From Octopus bimaculoides (taxonomy: Eukaryota): a stretch of 64,000 nt of DNA. The position numbers and the translations under genes are program-made. Each line of letters opens with the position of its first letter. Within the stretch, counting starts at the first letter, position 1. Positions 1-10,603 of this stretch are shown here, piece by piece. The stretch covers positions 27,778,237 to 27,842,236 of the forward strand of contig NC_068987.1 in the NCBI RefSeq assembly GCF_001194135.2. Direction: 5' to 3'. The notes beneath the pieces were generated by a model, which had not been told where the DNA came from, made no database searches, and saw only the letters and a list, made by a program, of their open reading frames with translations.

Positions 1-231
1 GATAGTTCAAGTAAAATCGAGATCTCAGAAGTGAAATAGAAATATCATTGCTTGATATCCTGTGCATACATTTTAGTAATGGTGATGTTGCACTCATCAA
101 CACATGAGTAGTGCTCGCTTTTAACGATAGAGTTTTATTACAAGGACCGAGCATTCTACCTATTGAGCAGGCTACAATAAGGTAGCCACACAATTTTGTA
201 ACAGTGTTATTTTTACGTACAGTATACGGTA

Positions 232-1216
232 CCTTGACCCACAATTGTTGTCCTATTTTTTTTAAACACTCGGGTAAACATGTATACGGGGTTTATGGAA
301 AATACCCAAATTTTGGCTAAAAATAGGAGGTCGACTTTCACATGAGATCGACTATTACTCAAGTATATATATGCATATATCTAAATCTATATCTATATCT
401 ATACACATATAAAATAAATAAATGCGCCCTTTTTTAAAGCCTAGCCAGGCTCATGGGCCCGGTTTTCCGGTTTCAATGGCCTATGTCTTCCCCAGCAGGA
501 CGGGACGCCAGTCCATCGCAGCGTTACTCATTTANNNNNNNNNNNNNNNNNNNNNNNNNNNNNNNNNNNNNNNNNNNNNNNNNNNNNNNNNNNNNNNNNN
601 NNNNNNNNNNNNNNNNNNNNNNNNNNNNNNNNNNNNNNNNNNNNNNNNNNNNNNNNNNNNNNNNNNNNNNNNNNNNNNNNNNNNNNNNNNNNNNNNNNNN
701 NNNNNNNNNNNNNNNNNNNNNNNNNNNNNNNNNNNNNNNNNNNNNNNNNNNNNNNNNNNNNNNNNNNNNNNNNNNNNNNNNNNNNNNNNNNNNNNNNNNN
801 NNNNNNNNNNNNNNNNNNNNNNNNNNNNNNNNNNNNNNNNNNNNNNNNNNNNNNNNNNNNNNNNNNNNNNNNNNNNNNNNNNNNNNNNNNNNNNNNNNNN
901 NNNNNNNNNNNNNCCTTGACCCACAATTGTTGTCCTATTTTTTTTAAACACTCGGGTAAACATTTATACGGGGTCTATGGAAAATACCCAAATTTTGGCC
1001 AAAAATAGGAGGTCGACTTTCACATGAGATCGACTATTACTCAAGTATATATATGCATATATCTAAATCTATATCTATATCTATACACATATAAAATAAA
1101 TAAATGCGCCCTTTTTTAAAGCCTAGCCAGGCTCATGGGCCCGGTTTTCCGGTTTCAATGGCCTATGTCTTCCCCAGCAGGACGGGACGCCAGTCCATCG
1201 CAGCGTTACTCATTTA
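232..1216. repeat. Near-identical 303-bp direct duplication flanking an N-gap (232-534 vs 914-1216); probable uncollapsed-haplotype assembly artefact
   Basis: Both copies start ccttgacccacaattg and end gcgttactcattta. I see 3 substitutions (catgtatacg/catttatacg, gtttatgg/gtctatgg, ggctaaa/ggccaaa). The gap 535-913 lies between them. Confidence 0.85.
260..370. mobile_element. Possible terminus of a Tc2/pogo-type non-autonomous DNA transposon (repeated at about 940-1052)
   Basis: aggtcgactttcacatgagatcgactattactcaagtatata has the doubled gtcgac-type subterminal motif plus tatata end that I recall from Tc2/pogo TIRs. No partner TIR is visible. Confidence 0.3.
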
Positions 1217-1354
1217 TGTCAGCTGAGTGGACTGGAGCATCGTGAAATAAAGTGTTTTGCTCAAGAACACAACGCGACGCTCAGTCCAGGAATCGAAACC
1301 ACAATCTTACGATCATGATGCTGACACCCTAACCACTAGGCCACGCGCCTCCAC
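1102..1354 (-). mobile_element. tRNA-derived SINE with CORE-like body (family A)
   Basis: Minus strand: gtggaggcgcgTGGCCTAGTGGttag (box A), GGTTTCGATTCC (box B), then gttgtgttcttgagcaaaacacttt (CORE-like). Decayed relatives at about 23590, 46550 and 48344. Confidence 0.85.
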
Positions 1355-1644
1355 CTATATACATATACAAGTACATATATGTGCCTATATATATATATAT
1401 ATATATAATACAAAATGTGACAAGAACGCAAAACATCCAGATAGACGATGTGAAGTAAACAAGGACAGGTCATTCATATATATATGACGTATGATAATGT
1501 CTTTGGGACCAGTAACCTGGGATAACCCCAGCCTCATCAAGCAAGAGCATGAAACAAGCAAGTAGCAAACAAGCATATACATACATTCACGTGTGTGTGT
1601 GTGTATAGATGTATGTGTGTATATTGATAGATCACTGACCACTA

Positions 1645-1810
1645 CATTTATATTTTTTCATCTCCTTGTTTTTCTCCTTATTTATTTCTGTTGAAGAGCG
1701 TAGCTCGAAACGTTAAATACTTTCTCTATTCCCGAGCGTTAAACTAATACATCCTTTTGTTGTTTAGACTACCTTTCCTCGTCTGTTGTTGTTTGTTTCG
1801 TAAATTCTCC
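1645..1810 (+). mobile_element. Penelope-type terminal repeat fragment carrying a minimal hammerhead-ribozyme-like motif (1683-1719)
   Basis: tattt CTGTTGA a gagc-gta-gctc GAAA cg TT aaata: 5-bp stem I, 4-bp stem II, palindromic ACGT stem III. The core has A6>U. The fragment runs into a gap followed by (TA)n. Confidence 0.6.
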
Positions 1811-4211
1811 NNNNNNNNNNNNNNNNNNNNNNNNNNNNNNNNNNNNNNNNNNNNNNNNNNNNNNNNNNNNNNNNNNNNNNNNNNNNNNNNNNNNNNNNNN
1901 NNNNNNNNNNNNNNNNNNNNNNNNNNNNNNNNNNNNNNNNNNNNNNNNNNNNNNNNNNNNNNNNNNNNNNNNNNNNNNNNNNNNNNNNNNNNNNNNNNTA
2001 TATATATATACGTCACTAAAGTCAGAACCAATATTGCTAGAAATAAGAGAGAGAGGCAGACAGACACACAGACAGACAGATAAAAATTAGATACTGATGT
2101 AACTGCATAACTGCATAGAAATACACACACACATAAGAACACATACACACACACTCACACACAAGAGTCTCTCACCCACAAATTTACACATATATTTATA
2201 TATATGAATGATATTCATTTTCTATTTTCTATCACCTTCCCTTGACAGTCGCAGTATGTTTCACTGTTTATCGTTTATTTTTTGTTGTACTTTTGCAAAC
2301 ATCTGTATTTGTTTTACCTCATAAAATGATAAAAAATGTATCTGCACTCTAGATAAGGTAAATGGAGGAGTGCAGATTGTTTTTATATTCATAAAATGTT
2401 AGTATCGTATTTGTACATATTTAATACTCTACAAAAAACATGTATTTATGTATAAATGCGTGAAGTGGTGACTGTGTGAGCATGCGAATGTGTATGTGTG
2501 CGTATCTGTACATTATCAGTGATGTGTAAACATAATTTATATTCCGAACAATATATATTCATATAATTAGGCCCAACAGAATTATTTAAAAACAGCCTCG
2601 GGAAAGAACATTTGAAATACAAAGATATTTAGTAGAAACAGCTGAATAATGAAAACATCTCTACGCAGTTACACGCCCCGTGTCATTCAGGCGACAAAGA
2701 CAAATAGATACTCACACACATACATACACACACACACACACACATGTATATGTGTACAGAAGTGTGCACACCCACACGTACACATAGATTTTGTATACGT
2801 GTGTCTGTGTTTGCGTGTGTGCTTTGATAATCATGTCTATATAAATAATTATGCATTCTTATACATATAAATGTTTCTGTACGCTTGGTTGTATTGATTT
2901 CTATATACACAAATGTATAAATGCATACAACTACATATGTGTGAGTGTGTGTGTGTGTGTGTGTGTGTATTTGTGTGTGCGTGTGAATTCATACATGTCT
3001 TGTTTTGTATACCACGTGTACCTACATACCGTGTTCACTCAGTCTTCCACAAACAATAAATTTAGTAAAATTTTTATGGACATTGACTCTAGATATTTAA
3101 TATTAAAGCAATCTATTTGCAATACTCTCAGCATTTCAAAGATGACCAATCTTCATTTCAATAAATATTCTTATTTTTACTGAATCAGTTTTTGAAATAA
3201 AATTTGATTGCATTTTTTCCGATATTTTTTAAGTATAATCTACAAAAGGAAATATATATTGAATTTTTGATTCCAGTCCTAAATATCTTTACTTGCAGTC
3301 AGTATTACTTTTTTCACTTTTATATAAATGAATAGGAAAGATAAAGAATATTCAACTAAACGCATTAGTATAAGCATATCAGTAGAAGAACGTGTATAAA
3401 CTGATATAATTACTTCACTTAACTGTCTGTATTTTTCCTTTTAGCGTATTTTGAATTGGCCAAAATTTATAATAAGCTAATTCAGGCAACTAGTTAAACA
3501 TACAAATGTGTGTGCGTGTGTTGACGTTTGTGCGTGTTTCTGTGTGTGTGTGTGTGAACAATAAAGGACTACCCATATCTGCATGTATATATACATATAT
3601 ATATATATATAAGGAAAGTTTGAAATGTATCTATTATTTACATACAGGCAGTCTGCGTAAGGAGCTCCGCTTTACGTAGCGGTTTACGGGTGAAAAATAA
3701 GAAAAGTATAGATTAAAACACAAAATGAAAATCGTATCAAGTTAACTTTTGCTATGAAATGTCGTTAAAGAACTTGAAAAGGATGTAAAATTACAATTTA
3801 ACTTTAACAGTTTAAGGAATACCTTGCTGTTTCATGATATGTATGCTCATTTTTAAAAATCATTCTCTTTTCACTAACACGCTATGGACACGAAATCACC
3901 CATTTAGCTCCTACTTTTCTAAAACGGCCTTCTCCTTATCTCTGCATAATTTTCGAATTGTTTGGCTCCAGATTTATTTCTTAATACAACATGTGTACCT
4001 GCAGACATTGAGGAATATACTCCTTCTCAGGTAGCCGACCTAATTCTAGTTGCAACACTTGTTACACTGCACTTAATCCAATAGGAACAACGAGTAAAGT
4101 TAATGTTTTTAGGAGTGATTTCAGTTGCTGAAGCTTCAAATTGGTAGGATTTCATCTTAAATCTAAGACAGCCGGCACACGCGAAGTAAAATGTCATTCT
4201 AATGTTTCTTA

Positions 4212-4438
4212 TTTCTTTACTGCCCACAAGGGGCAACACAGAGGGGACAAACAAGGACAGACAAACGGATTATGTGGATTATATCGACCCCAGTACGCAA
4301 CTGGTACTTATCTAATCGACCCTGAACGGATGAAAGGCAAAGTCGACTACCGTGGAATTTGAACTCAGAAATAGCGGCAGACGAAATACCGCTAAGCATT
4401 TCGTCCGGTGTGCTAACGTTTCTGCCAGCTCGCCGCCT
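4212..4438 (-). mobile_element. tRNA-headed SINE (family B; central domain resembles MetaSINE-type)
   Basis: Minus strand: aggcggcgagctggcagaaacgttagc...gagttcaaattcc...gtcgactttgcctttcatccgttcagggtcgattagataagtacc. Several decayed copies occur in the window. The superfamily name is from recall. Confidence 0.8.
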
Positions 4439-4876
4439 AATTCTAATATTTCTGCTCATCTACCACCACACATTGATGTTCGCTGCAATTAAACATTCCA
4501 AAAGTGACTATGAATATAATGGCAGTCTATAAGTTTTTAATAGCTCGTCGCTAAAAATATCGTCACAAATCTGGGGATATCGCTTTCTTTCATATCTTAT
4601 TTTAGTTATTTTATATTAATAATGAAAATATTAATTTAAAATGCCATTGATTTTCGATGAATCAGATGCACCTATGTAGAAGGATTCATAAAAAAAGAAA
4701 TCGTCAGTTTGATGGAAATGTTATAACAAACTTTTCAAATAACAAAAGAAAAAAGAACGCACGACCGCATTCGCATGCACTCACACATACACAGAACATA
4801 TAATGGGTTTGTGACAGTGTAAGTATGTATATGAACAACTGTGAGTGCCTGTTTGCATGTTTTCCCATATGTATGC

Positions 4877-4907
<31 letters not shown>

Positions 4908-4970
4908 ACATTCTGTTTTGCTTGCTTCAGTCATTTGACTGCGGCCATGCTTTTTTGTGTGTGTGTGTGC

Positions 4971-5392
4971 GTCTTCAATTTTTGGGAGAAGGTATGTTGT
5001 TCCTTCAGTCAGCCAGGAAGGTGTTTGCTCTGGGTTCTGGATGACATCAGTGAGAGATGCAGCGACATTTTGTGTGCTTCTGCCAGACAATTTAGTCAGA
5101 ATTTAGGAATTTGGTCCTGAGGTTCTCCATTTGTGAGACTTCCTAAGAACACCTCTTAGCTCTTCTATTCCTATCACTTCCCATTTTTGCTCTTGAACTT
5201 CATCTAACCTCACTTTCTCACGCTATATCCTGTCAGCTTTAGCATTATACTCCTTTTTCGTTGCTCCAGAACGTCTTCCAGAACTCTTCCATTTCCTCAA
5301 TGCTCGGTGACTCCTTTACTTCTATCTTACTTTTATCATTTTCCCTATAAAATTTCTGTGCCTCCGTCTTGAATAACTTGTTTTGTCAATAA
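4971..5392 (-). mobile_element. Non-LTR retrotransposon ORF fragment just N-terminal to RT (R4/Dong-like), frameshifted
   Basis: Minus translation: QNKLFKTEAQKFYRE..EEMEEFWKTFWSNEK..YNAKA..LRKSHKWRTSG..QNPEQTPSWLTEGTTYLLPK. The PxWLxxGxTxLLPK motif precedes the RT domain in this type of element. Stops and frameshifts are present. Confidence 0.75.
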
Positions 5393-5469
5393 AATATGAT
5401 TCTTTTGCCATATCTTCTAAGCCGTTGGGCTTTCAGTCGTAATCGTTGTTTCAGTTGCTCCTTGGTTGC

Positions 5470-5826
5470 AAGGAGTGTCTGTCTTTACGTTCTGAGTTCA
5501 AACGCCGCCTTTTATCCTTCCTGGATGGAGAGGTGGGAGGATCGTTAGCATGTGGAGCAAAATGCTTAGCGGTATTTTGTCCATCTTTACGTTCATAGTT
5601 CAAATTCCGCCATAATTGACTTTGCCTTTCATACTTTAAGTCTTTGTGCCTACAGTAGAAGGAATTATCCTTATTAAGCCGGCAATCTAGCAGAATCGTT
5701 ACAGTGCTGAAAACAGAATATCTGTGGCCTTTTGTTTTCCGTGTCTTTTCACTCTCTGTTCAAATCCCACCGTGCACAACGTTGTCTTTTATCATTTCGA
5801 GATGAAATATAAAGTACTGGTCAAAT
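5470..5826 (+). mobile_element. Cluster of three decayed family-B SINE heads in tandem
   Basis: Repeated ctttacgttc..agttcaaa(t/c)..ccgcc...gcctttcat-type segments at about 5480, 5580 and 5750. Confidence 0.55.
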
Positions 5827-6091
5827 AAATCATTTTCGATAAAAATGAGAAACAATTATTAGAGAATGGTGGATTGGCCTCGTTGTTTGTATATCGAACA
5901 AAATACCTATCGTAATATTCGTGTGTTTCTATGGTATTGGATATTAAATGATGTTGTATGAATATACAGAAATCTAATTAACCTAACCAGTTCAAACAAA
6001 ACCTCAAGATTTACACTGAAATATCTAACTATTCAATATCCCAATGAGAGAGGAGGCATTTGAGACTTTATTTCACTTACACTCAGTATTG

Positions 6092-6921
6092 TACGGGGTA
6101 TTTCTATAGCACTCGGTTTCATACGCAGCGAGAGCTAGCAGTGACCTTCTTGAGGCAGTTTCCCGAGTGACGTCGCTGTTTACTTCGCAAGTTGCAAAAT
6201 TTGTGTTTTTGTGATCACGTGTATGCTATAGTCTGCAGTTTTGTCATGGACAGGAACAAAAAGTCAACTTGAAATTTTTCGTTAAACTTGGGAGGACTGC
6301 TACAGAGACATTGAGTATGCTTCTGCAAGCTTACGGCGATAAGGCAATGGGTTGTGCGCTATGCTTCCAGTGACGCGGTTGCTGCAAAAGCAAAAGAACA
6401 TCCCTAGATGATGATGAGTGAGGTGAAAGACCTACTGCGAGATTCATATCAGGAAATGTGGTATTGAGCATTGATAATTCGTCCCCCAGGACCAGACCAT
6501 CAATTGAGAGTTCTACTGCGACGTTGTGCAGCTTTTGAGGGAGTACATTCGGCAAAGGCGATCGGATGTGATGCACGAAGAACTGGATTCTTCACGACGA
6601 CAATTAACCCTATCACCAAGCTCTCCTCACTTTTGAGTTTCTCTCCAGAAACAACATCGCTTCCGCACTTGCCCCTTTCGACAGATTTAGCACCCAAAAT
6701 GAAAATGCAGCTCAAAGGTAACCGTTTTAACACCGTTTTCAAGATCGTCTCGCTTATGGAAAACAACTTCCAGACCAGATTCAAAAAGTGGTAGGAACGC
6801 TGCGACCGGTGTATTGCTGCGCAAGGAAACTATTTCGAAGGAGATGATGTTAAAACTTAGGTAAATAAGCTATTTTCTATTAAACATAACTTGTCCGGGA
6901 ACCTTTTGATAGCACCTCGTA
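6092..6921 (+). mobile_element. Internally deleted mariner (DD34D) transposon with TA at both ends
   Basis: Peptides NLKFFVKLGRTATETLSMLLQAYGDKAM, SLDDDE*GERP, WILHDDN, PHLPLSTDLAP, FKKW*ERCDRCIAAQGNYFEGD. Ends TA-cggggtatttc and TA-cgaggtgctatc (reverse complement) are imperfect TIRs. Confidence 0.9.
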
Positions 6922-7317
6922 TATGTTAAAATGTAAGCTAAGTTGTTTATCAAACGGTGATATACTCTATTTTACATGAAATGTTCACATAACTTACATC
7001 ATTGTAAATGTGTTGCCAATTAAATTTCAAGTTAATATAATCTATTCAGTGAATAATGTAAAGGAATTAATCCATATGTATTATTATGAATATAGATTCA
7101 CAAAGCATACAATTTCTAAAGGAAAAGTCTTCCAATCAGGAGTAATTCATAGATATGTCACCGAAATAACTACCTATCATAGAAAAACGACTGGAGTGTA
7201 GATGGTTAGATTTCTGTCGTATACTGGCTGTAATGAAAGCTAATAAAGAAACAGCGAGGCAGAAAATTGAAAATCCTTTCACGGCAACTAGAAACAGTGA
7301 ACTGGAAAATTATTGCA

Positions 7318-8802
7318 TATTCTGAGCTCCACTTGAATACAAACTTCAAGATAGATAACTCTAAATAAGTCCTGATTTGTGTTGCTAAATTTAAACAGAT
7401 GATTTCAAAATAGCTAAGCTTAGTTCTGAACTTGTATTGGAATAACTGATTTTATACGGTAACCGAAATAGTACCACATTATCTGACCTGGTCAAGCAGT
7501 CATCAAACGAGTAACAGTAAATATGTGATAATGGGAATTATCTTAATTTAGTTTTTATGTGAATATATACAACATTAATAAGCAAATGAATAAGCTAGAC
7601 TAAGTAAACAATTTCAAGATATCATAAATACTATTTCAAATCAATAAAATGAAGCAAAGAATTACAAATCGTTTCAGATTGCGTGTGCATAATAAATGTA
7701 TATATATATATATATATATATCGTTTGTAGACAACATAAATCCGAAAAACGTAGTACACTCTGAGATGTAAGCAGTATGTATTAAAAATGGAGAAGGTTG
7801 GTTTATCGGATCCCCTTACGGTTCCCGTCTATGAAGGATTTCGCTTTATGGCGTATCGTAGGTTATTATTTTCTAGTAGTCTATCATGATCCAGGTTGTC
7901 TATCGTATATAAGTTCTTCGTCTTATTGGAGAAGATTAGGGACCTATCTGAAATTTTTAACCATCTAACGTTGCGCCTATGCCACAGGAAGAGGCAATTG
8001 CTTATGCAGAGACTGAAACAGATGCCCGGTAGGAGGCCACTGCGAAACCAAAGGGGTCGTTTATCAAGACGAAGTACTAGCAAACACTGGCAATACCACC
8101 AGCAGAAGCACTAGCAACCGTAGACAAGAGAACAGAGCCAGCAACACCGCCATCGCCACAGTTAACAGCATTAGCAACAATAGCAGTAACAACACCAACG
8201 ACAGCATTGGCCGTTCGCTCGACAGTAGCAACACAAACAACAGCAGCATCGCCATCAACACCACCGCTACCAATAGTTTCCCTACGTCCACGGTAGCAGA
8301 CCTGATAACCCTTATAGCAGCAGCAACATGTCCAGTGCCAACTCCAGCTATAACGGCAACAATAGCAGCAGCATTGACAGTTGTCCTAGCAGAAACAGCA
8401 TCGGAACCACAGCTAATGATAACTTTGGCAGCAATGGAAGCTCTCCCACCAATGACGAAGACAACAAGAATAAAAAATGTTGTAAATATTCACATAAAAA
8501 CTAAATTAAGATAATTCCCATTATCACATATTTACTGTTACTCGTTTGATGACTGCTTGACCAGGTCAGATAATGTGGTACTATTNNNNNNNNNNTACTG
8601 TTACTCGTTTGATGACTGCTTGACCAGGTCAGATAATGTGGTACTATTTCGGTTACCGTATAAAATCAGTTATTCCAATACAAGTTCAGAACTAATCTTA
8701 GCTATTTATTTTGAAATCATCTGTTTAAATTTAGCAACACAAATCAGGACTTATTTAGAGTTTATCTATCTTGAAGTTGGTATTCAAGTGGAGCTCAGAA
8801 TA
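7318..8802. repeat. Inverted duplication: 7318-7576 reappears reverse-complemented at 8476-8802, inside the PLE
   Basis: tctgagctccacttgaatac...gtgaatatatacaacatt vs aatgttgtaaatattcac...gtattcaagtggagctcaga, with a few substitutions and indels. 8533-8585 and 8596-8648 are a gap-overlap artefact within the second copy. Confidence 0.9.
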
Positions 8803-9635
8803 ACCCCTATAGCAGCAGCAACATGTCCAGTGCCAACTCCAGCTATAACGGCAACAACAACAGCAGCAGCAGTGACAGTTGTCCTAGCAGAAACAGCATC
8901 GGAACCACAGCTAATGATAACTCTGGCAGCAATGGCAGCTCTCCCACCAATGACGAAGACAACAAGAATAAAAACAACAGTGCCTTCACCATACCCGGCA
9001 GTGATGACACCATTACCGACGCCACCACCACCATCTTCAGCGACGCCAACACCAGCATTCCCAGTGCCAACAACAACAACAACAACAACTATGTCGGTGA
9101 CAGTAGCAGCAGCACCAACAACAACAGCAGCAGAAACACCCAGTAGGTACAGCACTGACTACAAACGCCCACAGAGATACATCGGATGTTCAGGGAGCTC
9201 ATTCAAGCAGCACCTCTCCAACTACAGGTCCTTCTTCAGAGTTCCGGAAAGGAGATACGTAACGTTGCTGGCCAGCCATGTCTGGCAACTAAGAGCCGAT
9301 GGGATCCATACTAAATCTCATGGAAAGTCTTCCAGAATCCAGTCTCCTATATCGATGGGACGAAGCGTTAGTAGTTAAACTTGTTGAACCAGGGAACATC
9401 CTTATCTCCAGAATGGAGATTTTCGGGCCATGTTTCCATTTCAGGAGATTCCGATAGCCAGTAGCAAAGGAAGATGATCCCCATCCATTAGCTTTGAACA
9501 GTGAGGCATTTTCGCTTCATGTCTTGAGGCCATGAGCCAATAGGTCTTTGGGATCAGACTATACGCCATAAAGCTAAACGCTTTGTGGACGGGGAAACCT
9601 AAGGAAATCCCATAAACCGGCCTTCCCCATTTAAA
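7786..9635 (+). mobile_element. 5'-truncated Penelope-like element: Zn-finger/GIY-YIG endonuclease end, 3' UTR and an inverted terminal segment
   Basis: Frame 1 from 7996: NCLCRD*NRCPVGGHCETKGVVYQDEV. From 9178: YIGCSGSSFKQHLSNYRSFF..TLLASHVWQLR, then after a frameshift ISWKVFQNPVSYIDGTKR and NILISRMEIFGPCFHFRRFR* (stop 9457). 7786-7860 is an inverted copy of about 9560-9635 (roughly 75-80% identical). AT/TA-rich flanks. Confidence 0.85.
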
Positions 9636-9680
9636 TATATATATTTTTTAAATATATATATAAGGAGCACAAGATATACT

Positions 9681-9764
9681 TGGCCTGAAGAGTAGCCAGT
9701 GGTATACACCACACTTGGATTTTACCACTTCTGAGTTTCTACTTGTTACGAAACATGTCTAGCC
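9681..9764 (+). ncRNA. Degenerate hammerhead-like motif just downstream of the PLE
   Basis: tggc CTGAAGA gtagc..(long loop with gtggt-atac-accac hairpin)..gttac GAAA CATG TC tagcc. Stem I is out of register by 2 nt. Confidence 0.35.
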
Positions 9765-10010
9765 TGGATCTTTCAAACTCCATTCCGTAACTCTTATATT
9801 TTTATTCGGACTCCCGGCAACCCAGGTCGTCTACTGTTGAATATAAAAATAACTTTTTTCAGCTTGTCGTTCTTCGATACGAGAAAGATGCACAGCCTTC
9901 AGTCTCAATAAACCACTATTTAACCTGAAAGTTGTTTTTTTATATATATACATTTGCTACAGATTGTTTGAAGCTAATTTTCTTCATACACCTCGATCAC
10001 TGGATCTTAA

Positions 10011-10052
<42 letters not shown>

Positions 10053-10269
10053 ATAATGATAATAATAATACAAATAATACATATGCATGTATACACATAT
10101 ATATGTACATACTTACATCTACATGTGTATATAGATGCATATCAAGGTACAGGAAGTTACAACAATGAACTACAGACCAGGGAACGAACACATAGGAAAA
10201 CAGATAGCCACTTGGAATTAATCCTTCGTCAGCTGCCTCTATTCTTACTAGACGTTTCGAAGATAAGAG

Positions 10270-10311
<42 letters not shown>

Positions 10312-10400
10312 TGTGAAAGGGAGAATGAGAGAGAAAGTGAGGGAGGGGAGACAGAGATACACATATATATGTGTATATATATTGTATGTATGTATATATT

Positions 10401-10503
10401 ATTCATTTACAAGTTTCAGTCATTTGACGTGCACCACGCTGGAAAGCCACCTTAAGGGGTTTTAGTCGAAGAAATCCACCCGAGACTTATTCTTTGTAAA
10501 CCT
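10401..10503 (-). mobile_element. 3' fragment of family-C SINE
   Basis: gtttcagtcatttgac...tttagtcgaagaaatccacccgagacttattctttgtaaacct matches the copy at 48600-48690. Confidence 0.7.
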
Positions 10504-10569
10504 CCCAAATGCACAGGTTTATACCCTCGTCCTCATCCTTGTCCCCGTCATCCATCCCTCTCCTCCTTC

Positions 10570-10603
<34 letters not shown>

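Noticed and set aside
8557-9378. 273-aa ORF as a mucin-like host protein
   Set aside because: It is a composite of inverted flank DNA, the PLE low-complexity insert and the YIG half of a PLE endonuclease. The overlapping antisense ORFs reflect trinucleotide repeats.
10186-10265. Minus-strand GAAACGTC ... CTGACGA as a type II or tandem hammerhead
   Set aside because: No stem I can be formed, and the GAAA expected after the gga/tcc hairpin is missing. It may be a decayed PLE end, but I cannot support a fold.
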